From Eledone cirrhosa (lineage: Eukaryota): a DNA stretch of 64,000 nucleotides. Below the pieces are notes generated by a model. That model worked only from the letters and a program-made list of their open reading frames with translations. It did no database searches and had not been told where the DNA came from. The stretch covers positions 94,054,001-94,118,000 of the forward strand of contig OZ024740.1 in NCBI GenBank assembly GCA_964016885.1, written 5' to 3'. Each line of letters begins with the position of its first letter. Within the stretch, counting starts at the first letter, position 1. Both the position numbers and the translations under genes were made by a program. This document shows, in pieces, positions 55,288-64,000 of this stretch.

Positions 55288-55446
55288 AATTAACACTTAG
55301 AATTTAATATTCTATCATACTATTTCATTATAATACCATTATAAATTTTAAAGGATTGTAAATAAAACGAGTGAATCAGACAAAGTTGGAATTCCTCTTA
55401 TTAACATAATCTTCTATACACTATCATACACACCCGTGTATATTTA

Positions 55447-55499
<53 letters not shown>

Positions 55500-55518
55500 A
55501 TATGTTTATGTGTGTGAA

Positions 55519-55552
<34 letters not shown>

Positions 55553-56206
55553 TGAATGTGTGTTTGCGTGTGTAGCCTGGGTTTAATGGCAGGAAACGCA
55601 GTAAGTTAGGTACTCAATACATAGCAGTGTATACACATTTAATATAGAAACGGCTTCCACAGGACTAGAAGTGTTTCATTTGAGGGAGAACATCAGGAAA
55701 GCCAGGATATATCCCTCGAATGAAACAGTTCTACTCCTGTGCAAGCCATTTCTCTCTCTCCCTCTCTCTATTATATATATATATATATATACATATCCAA
55801 AATTAAGATAAATTAAATTAATATAATCTAAATCAAAATTATGGGTGTCATGCCAGAAAGACATGCGCCATATCACCCGGAAAATAAGCTCTAAGATTCT
55901 AACGAATCATATTATAAGGTATCTATTTTTGAAGTTCTGGTCAACTTTATTTAGTTACCTACCTAGCTATGTGTGGTTACACACTTGTAAAAATTATCTC
56001 CTGTGATTATTCATGTTTATATGAAGACAGCATATATATGTGAAGGTATGTATATTCTCCTTGATAGTTTGTATAATTTTGTACATAGATCTTTTGAATA
56101 TGCATACCAATTCTAACACATATATGTCCTAGAAACGATCGTAAAATAATGAACTTTTTTTGTTTAATATAAGGAACTGTTTCTTTGTTTATTCATTATT
56201 TTTTTA

Positions 56207-56272
<66 letters not shown>

Positions 56273-56575
56273 GTTAGAAAGTAAGGCGTCACAAACAAGA
56301 GAAGGACAGTTTCGCTTCATCAGTTGTCTACAACGTGTCACAAATATGACCCGTAGTAGACGCACATCAGATCCGTAGTAGTGAATTGATGAAGGGGAAA
56401 GTTCCATCATTTGTTCGTGTCACCTTGCTTTCTAAATCTCGTTATCAGTAACCACACATCCCCTTCTCTCACGATTCATATTTATACGGAATACATCATC
56501 AATTATATGACACACTTGTTGAAAGTAATTATTAGGGATAAATTCTGAGAGGGGGGAATACTAGAGAGAGAGAGA

Positions 56576-56662
<87 letters not shown>

Positions 56663-56754
56663 AGAAACCATCACATATTTTATTTTCCTTCTCTCTCTCA
56701 CTCTCTCTCTCTCTTTCTCTCTTTCCCTATATCTATATATATATGAAGAAGTTT

Positions 56755-57200
56755 AACCCCGACGGCAGAGTGGAAGCCGTTTCGACGGATATTTCTGGAC
56801 CAAATTAGAATTTGTAGCGTGGTAAATAAATAGCATAACTACTACGGTTCATCGGTAACCCGTAGTAGACAACTGATGAAGCGAATCTGACCTTCGTTGT
56901 TTGTGTTACATTATTTTCTAACACAATATATATATAGAGAGAGATTGGTAAGATTGTAGTTGTCAAAAGGATTGGTGAGAATTTCTTGTAAGCACAATTA
57001 AATCTTTCATGGCGGTGGGTGAAAGGTAGGGGTGGCTGAACTTGCATGTAGAACAATGATGGAGTCGGTGGAGCCGGTCAACCGTTGAAAGTGAATTCTA
57101 TACACCAAATTCTAAGGAGAGTGTATGAAATTAGGATGGTTAGGAAGCAAGCGAAAAAAGGATTCTGGAGGGATTAAAGAGCGGTTTGTTATAGAATAGG
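56755..57200 (-). mobile_element. Diverged, interrupted pLTR/3' UTR of the 58.8 kb PLE family
   Basis: accccgacggcagag..gccgtttcgacgg matches 58838-58870. ggtggctgaacttgc..ggtggag matches ~59005-59047. Confidence 0.55.
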
Positions 57201-57272
57201 TTAATAAATTGAAATTAAAAAATAATAAATAGTTAACAAATATGGTCCATCTGTTTCCTTACCACACGTCCT

Positions 57273-57325
<53 letters not shown>

Positions 57326-57489
57326 TAAAATAATAGATTAAAGCGATTAAACAAAGAATCGGTGCTTTCACCCTTAACGGGATCTTCTGAAACTCTGATA
57401 TATATTTATCGATATCGAGCTCTCTTTGGATTTTAGTCTTCAAATTTATTATTATTACTATATATATATATATATTAGTAAGTGAGGTT

Positions 57490-58003
<514 letters not shown>

Positions 58004-58682
58004 AGAAGCAAAACATTGCTTATTGTGATCCAGTTTTTGGTTAAGAAAGCCAGTTTCATGGATGGTTTCAACGTACGGTTAGGGGTAACTCCACAACGTT
58101 GTAAGAATTCCGTTCAATCTTTGAGTATAAAGTATAAAAGAGAAAACACAGTAAAGCATTAAGAGAAGGATTTAATCCAGGTATTTACGACCGTTTCATT
58201 GGTAAGTGCAACCATATATTGCAATACAGCAAATAGCAGCCACTCAATTATAATTGTTGTTCACAGTCCGAATGTTCTAAATAGTGAGTTAATCTTGAAA
58301 TAATTCTTAATATATAGAGAAAAACATTTATTTGGAATTGTATTTACTAGTATAGAGAGAGAGGAATCAGGAGGTGAGGGGACAGACGGCATAGTATAGA
58401 GAGAGAGGAAGGGAGAGGAGGTAGGAATTAGAATGACAAACTGAGGTGGAGGTAGGGGTAGAGGTGGAAGGATTATTTGGTCAGTTTTGATAGCAGACAT
58501 CATGTCGTGGAGTATAGTGAGTTAAAGAGAATTAAATAGATAATAGTGGGAGGAATGGATAGAGAGGGAGAGAGAGAGAGAGAGGGGGGGGGGGAGATAT
58601 AAAGAGATAAATATATATATATATATACACACACACATACACACATACATATATATATATATTAATTCTTGTTGTTTTGATT

Positions 58683-58720
58683 GCCCTGGTGAGTCCTTAA
58701 TAGGACGAAATATTGTCGGC
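58683..58720 (+). ncRNA. Hammerhead motif with A6G core change (probably inactive)
   Basis: gcc-CTGGTGA-[gtcct taat aggac]-GAA-atattgt-C-ggc. Confidence 0.7.
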
Positions 58721-58767
58721 TAATAAAAACTTTTGATGTATTAAAGGATTCTTTGTTTTACTCTCTT

Positions 58768-58813
<46 letters not shown>

Positions 58814-58837
58814 TATATATATATAGGAACCAGTAAG

Positions 58838-58931
58838 ACCCCGACAGCTGAGCTCAAGCCGTTTCGACGGCTAATTCTGGACTAAATGAAAATTTATCCT
58901 GGCATTTAAATAGCCGATCTTCTCAAGGGGT
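58838..58931 (-). ncRNA. Hammerhead with U3-A8 covariant core, long stem II and 5 bp stem III
   Basis: acccc-TTGAGAA-ga(t)cggcta..tagccg tc-GAA-acggc ttgagctca gctgt-C-ggggt. Perfect stem I, GUC triplet. The start of a second copy at 63950-64000(+) is cut by the window edge. Confidence 0.8.
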
Positions 58932-60077
58932 AATTCCATATATGGTCAAAGTGATTGTTAAAAATCAGTAGTAATTCTGTGGTTGCAAAGTAGTAGGGGA
59001 GATGGTGGCTAAACTTGCCAGTAGGAGAAAGAGGGGAGGGGGTGGAGTAGACCCAATCAAGCGTTTGTAGTGCCAGCTACAGCTGGGCATGAGGTCAAAG
59101 AAGATACAGGGGAGGGGGAGGGGGAGGGGGAGGAAGTCGGAACGGTAGGTAGAACAATGGGGGGTAGAAATATATATGGGAAAGAAAAAATACTGAGAGT
59201 GAAGAAAAGCAAATAAGTGTAAAGAAAAACAAATGAGTGTAAAGAAAAAAGTAAAGTAAATTAAATTCTATGACCTAGGTCTCTAGCTATTGTTAGGCTA
59301 GAATAAATAAATAAATAAAGAAAGAAAGAAGTAAAGAAAGAAATATAGAAATAACGAAATAAGTAAAAGAACTAGGTGGGACGGATAGGCGAGGACACTT
59401 TTAAGAGGTATAAGTACGTAAATGATACGGTGACGGGTCAACAAAAGGGGCCAAAATACTAAAGAGACTACCACGAAATAAACAATAAAGGTTTCCATCC
59501 CGGGCACAATTCCAGCAACCACCCAGTGCAGCAAAGTGAACTAATACGAGATAATAATTCTGAGTCCCGAGAAAAATATATACTAATGCTAACTCTAAAA
59601 GATCTAAAACAAGCTACATGAAAGTTCGTACGAAGTAAAGGTAGAATACGGAAAAATAAATTCAGAATCCACCCCGCCCAAAAGAAAAGCGAAGAAAGAA
59701 ATACTGAAACGAAAAAATAAGGCATAAGTGCCACTAGGAAATATAGAGGGCACAGAGAATAGTGGGAGCGGTCGGAAAAAGGGGACAAGTAACCGGGGTC
59801 TAAACCAACTGCTATAAAGTGCGGAGTCCGCCAAATCTATCCTAGACTAGGGGAGGGGGTGGGGGTACTAAGGCTACAAGGGGCCAAAGGGCAGCCTCGG
59901 GTGCGCGAGAAGAGACGCCGACAAAGGAGAAGAGCTGGGGTAGAAGGACTAAGGAGAGAGGGGGGAAGGAAAGAAATAAAGGAAGCGATAAAAGAATACA
60001 AGGAAGATCTTATGTCTCCCTTGGCAAGCAGGGGTTACCCATTGCAAAATCGGCAAGTGGGGTGTTATAGCCCTAGT

Positions 60078-61208
60078 CTACCCCCCCCCCCCCTGGTCAT
60101 TATGGGGTTTGAGGGCAAGGTAAATCCTACGCAATCTATGTTTACATGCAGTAACCAGTTCATCTTTCTTGTTTAGGAGATGGTCCGTCGAAAACAGCAT
60201 TTGTAAAGTTTCCTCCGAGCATAAATTGCACGGACGGCGTCCTCCCGTGTAAGAATTGGCTCTGGACAGTAATCTCCAAGTGAGATCATAGGTGATGTTG
60301 TTGTCCTTGAGGTCCCATATGTGGCCCGAATGTGTATTGGCGTGACGCCGGGCCGGGTTTCGGAAGGTATGTCTATGTTGGTATAGCCGGGTCTTGAAGT
60401 AACATGCGGTAAGTCCTATATAGGCTTTGTTGGAGGTATCCGTCCTCACGTTGCACTGGTAGATCACATTACGGTCTCTGCATCTATTGTCGAGTGGGCA
60501 AATAGATCTATCCGGGCAGTTACACCTCCTGGTCGGTTCTCCACTGCTATTTAGGTTATTTCTGCCATCGGGGTTGAGTTTTTTGTTGTTAGAGGAGACG
60601 ATGTTTTGTGCGAAGTTTGGTGTAGTGCTGTAAGAGAGTTTGATGGTATTTTTGTTAATTATGTTGTGGTAGCAGTGTTGTAACGGGAAGTGTTTTTCAA
60701 TGAGCCTAAAGAATAGTTTCCCGATGGAAGTTGTCACCTCTGCGTTGTGGGGAGGATTGAACCATGTTACATTGCGTGAGCGGCGGTGTCTCCTGCTGGT
60801 TCCGCTAATGGGAGCTGGACAGTAGGATATTTCCTCCCGGAAACCACTCCGCTTGAGGGCCTGGTTGTAATAAGGCGCATGTTCATCGAATATCCGCTCA
60901 TTAGCTGACAAACGGGATATGCGGAGAGAGATGTTTTTGACCAGGTTGTTTGTGATGTTCCTAGGATGGTTTGATCGGCGGTGGATGTAGTGCATATTGT
61001 CATTAGGTTTCCTGTATGGGTAGTACAGGTCGTTTTCGAGGTCGAGGGTCACGTCCAGGAAGTTTACTCTGGTCAGGGACGTTTGTAGGGTTATTTTAAA
61101 TCCCCAGTCGCGGAAGAATCTGATTAATTGTTTCCGGACCCGATCTGTACTACTGGGGTTGTACCCTTTAAGGGTAAGGAGCCCATCATCACGGTACAAT
61201 CCACCACC
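60078..61208 (-). CDS. PLE RT C-terminal half plus GIY-YIG endonuclease (5'-truncated, frame intact)
   Basis: GGGLYRDDGL, VNFLDVTLDL, SNHP, WFNPP, CNC..CPLDNRC..VIYQC..AYIGLT..FKTRLYQH, CNLC..CKH. Confidence 0.9.
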   Translation of the reverse strand, partial: GGGLYRDDGLLTLKGYNPSSTDRVRKQLIRFFRDWGFKITLQTSLTRVNFLDVTLDLENDLYYPYRKPNDNMHYIHRRSNHPRNITNNLVKNISLRISRLSANERIFDEHAPYYNQALKRSGFREEISYCPAPISGTSRRHRRSRNVTWFNPPHNAEVTTSIGKLFFRLIEKHFPLQHCYHNIINKNTIKLSYSTTPNFAQNIVSSNNKKLNPDGRNNLNSSGEPTRRCNCPDRSICPLDNRCRDRNVIYQCNVRTDTSNKAYIGLTACYFKTRLYQHRHTFRNPARRHANTHSGHIWDLKDNNITYDLTWRLLSRANSYTGGRRPCNLCSEETLQMLFSTDHLLNKKDELVTACKHRLRRIYLALKPHNDQGGGG

Positions 61209-62810
61209 ATAGATCCGATTTTGACCGTAAACCCTCTATCAGGCTTATTAACCCAACGAAGTCCGACATAGGGAGAATCAGCAAAAAAATCCTAGACCGC
61301 GTGATACCAAAAGTCAAGCAACACACCCGACTTAGCCTATGGTTCAACACCCAGGAAGTAATCTCCTGGTTCAGCAATATGGAGGATAAACGAGAAACTA
61401 AATTCATACAGTTCGACATAGAGAGCTACTATGCTTCAATCACCTTACCGCTACTTACTGCCGCCTTGGACTTCGCCGAAACACTTGTGCCCATCACCGA
61501 CCAGGAAAGAAAAATCATCCTCCACGCCAGGAAGACAGTCTTACTCTTTGACGACTCTAAATGGATAAAAAGAGCTCCCGACTCACCCTTCGACGTCAGC
61601 ATGGGCGCCACGGATTCGGCGGAGGTCACAGATCTTATAGGATTATTCCTAATAGCCAAACTCACTGATATGTTTCCTGCATTCGGTGGTGGATTGTACC
61701 GTGATGATGGGCTCCTTACCCTTAAAGGGTACAACCCCAGTAGTACAGATCGGGTCCGGAAACAATTAATCAGATTCTTCCGCGACTGGGGATTTAAAAT
61801 AACCCTACAAACGTCCCTGACCAGAGTAAACTTCCTGGACGTGACCCTCGACCTCGAAAACGACCTGTACTACCCATACAGGAAACCTAATGACAATCTG
61901 CACTACATCCACCGCCGATCAAACCATCCTAGGAACATCACAAACAACCTGGTCAAAAACATCTCTCTCCGCATATCCCGTTTGTCAGCTAATGAGCGGA
62001 TATTCGATGAACATGCGCCTTATTACAACCAGGCCCTCAAGCGGAGTGGTTTCCGGGAGGAAATATCCTACTGTCCAGCTCCCATTAGCGGAACCATCAG
62101 GAGACACCGCCGCTCACGCAATGTAACATGGTTCAATCCTCCCCACAACGCAGAGGTGACAACTCCCATCGGGAAACTATTCTTTAGGCTCATTGAAAGA
62201 CACTTCCCATTACAACACTGCTACCACAACATAATTAACAAAAATACCATCAAACTCTCTTACAGCACTACACCAAACTTCGCACAAAACATCGTCTCCT
62301 CTAACAACAAAAAACTCAACCCCGATGGCAGAAATAACCTAAATAGCAGTGGAGAACCGACCAGGAGGTGTAAATGCCCGGATATCTATTTGCCCACTCG
62401 ACAATAGATGCAGAGACCGTAATGTGATCTACCAGTGCAACGTGAGGACGGATACCTCCAACAAAGCCTATATAGGACTTACCGCATGTTACTTCAAGAC
62501 CCGGCTATACCAACATAGACATACCTTCCGAAACCCGGCCCGGCGTCACGCCACTACACTTTCGGGCCACATATGGGACCTCAAGGACAACAACATCACC
62601 TATGATCTCACTTGGAGATTACTGTCCAGAGCCAATTCTTACACGGGAGGACGCCGTCCGTGCAATTTATGCTCGGAGGAAACATTACAAATGCTGTTTT
62701 CGACGGACCAACTCCTAAACAAGAAAGATGAACTGGTTACTGCATGTAAACATAGATTGCGTAGGACTTACCTCGCCCTCAAACCCCGTAATGACCCGGG
62801 GGTAGACTAG
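61208..62810 (+). pseudogene. PLE RT plus GIY-YIG, 5'-truncated, 2 bp deletion frameshift near 62383
   Basis: HRSDFDRKPSIRLINPTKSDIGRISKKILD, FIQFDIESYYASI, FDVSMGATDSAEV, YRDD. ORFs 61301-62407 and 62349-62810. Confidence 0.92.
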
Positions 62811-64000
62811 GGCTATAACACCCCACTTGCCGATTTTGCAATGGGTAACCCCTGCTTGCCAAGGGAGACGTAAGATCTTATTTGTATTCTTTTATCGCTT
62901 CCTTTATTTCCATCCTTCCCCCCTCTCTCCTTAGTCCTTCTACCCCAGCTCTTCTCCTTTGTCGGCGTCTCTTCTCGCCCACCCGAGGCTGCCCTTTGGC
63001 CCCTTGTAGCCTTAGTACCCCCACCCCCTCCCCTAGTCTAGGATAGATTTGGCGGACTCCGCCCTTTATAGCAGTTGGTTTAGACCCCGGTTACTTGTCC
63101 CCTTTTTCCGACCGCTCCCACTATTCTCTGTGCCCTCTATATTTCCTAGTGGCACTTATGCCTTATTTTTTCGTTTCAGTATTTCTTTCTTCGCTTTTCT
63201 TTTGGGCGGGGTGGATTCTGAATTTATTTTCCGTATACTACCTTTACTTCGTACGAACTTTCATGTAGCTTGTTTTAGATCTTTTAGAATTAGCATTAGT
63301 ATATATTTTTCTCGGGACTCAGAATTATTATCTCGTATTAGTTCACTTTGCTGCACTGGGTGGTTGCTGGAATTGTGCCCGGGATGGAAACCTTTATTGT
63401 TTATTTCGTGGTAGTCTCTTTAGTATTTTGGCCCCTTTTGTTGACCCGTCACCGTATCATTTACGTACTTATACCTCTTAAAAGTGTCCTCGCCTATCCG
63501 TCCCACCTAGTTCTTTTACTTATTTCGTTATTTCATTATTTCTTTCTTTACTTCTTTCTTACTTTCTTTATTTATTTATTTATTCTAGCCTAACAATAGC
63601 TAGAGACCTAGGTCGTAGAATTTAATTTACTTTACTTTTTTTCTTTACACTCATTTGTTTTTCTTTACACTTATTTGCTTTTCTTCACTCTCAGTTTTTT
63701 TTCTTTCCTATATATATTTCTACCCCCCATTGTTCTACCTACCGTTCCGACTTCCTCCCCCTCCCCCTCCCCTGTATCTTCTTTGACCTCATGCCCAGAT
63801 GTAGCTGGCACTACAAACGCTTGATTGGGTCTACTCCACCCCCTCCCCTCTTTCTCCTACTGGCAGGTTTAGCCACCATCTCCCCTACTAATTTGCAACC
63901 ACAGAATTACTACTGGATTTTGACAATCACTTTGACCATATATGGAAATACCCCTTGAGAAGATCGGCTATTTAAATACCAGGATAAATTTTCATTTAGT

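Larger units (their letters stand above)
55077..55401. repeat. Near-perfect ~150 bp-arm inverted repeat carrying two divergent hammerheads
   Basis: Arms ~55077-55229 and ~55249-55401, between (TA)n tracts. Confidence 0.9.
58825..64000. mobile_element. Young Penelope-like element, 5'-truncated with large inverted duplication
   Basis: 58881-61208 is a near-identical reverse complement of 61685-64000, with a unique spacer at 61209-61684. Confidence 0.95.

Noticed and set aside
57355-57400. Minus-strand CAGAAGA-tcccgttaagggt-GAAA
   Set aside because: Core U4 is lost and stems I and III do not pair.
58180-58270. Minus-strand CTGTGA..GAAAcggtcgt
   Set aside because: Core has a deletion and no stem I.
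59298-60176. Hydrophobic ORFs in the PLE 3' region (and mirror copies at 63049-63593)
   Set aside because: They arise from T-rich UTR composition, and the frames differ between the two arms through indels.

Overview
Eukaryotic, AT-rich window dense in microsatellites, with no recognisable host gene. It consists almost entirely of retroelements. The SINE and repeat style suggest a marine invertebrate, possibly a cephalopod (inference only). Four groups are present. (1) Penelope-like elements (PLEs; RT plus GIY-YIG) of at least three sequence types, including a young 5'-truncated, head-to-head inverted insertion at 58.8-64 kb. (2) L1/Tx1-type LINEs ending in (ATT)n or (TC)n tracts. (3) Two R4/Dong-type restriction-like-endonuclease LINEs in (TAA)n tracts. 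(4) RTE fragments, a tRNA-derived SINE and a pogo-like MITE. The main signal not shown by the ORF track is a high density of hammerhead ribozyme (HHR) motifs: about 20 read by eye, intact or decayed, on both strands. Several lie in non-coding ~460-550 bp units arranged as a partial tandem plus an inverted copy, which look like retrozyme-type non-autonomous PLE passengers. Unusual HHR architectures occur: a U3-A8 covariant core, very long or branched stem II, and a circularly permuted GAAA-before-CUGAUGA motif conserved in two diverged copies. All folds were derived by hand and none is experimentally or computationally verified.
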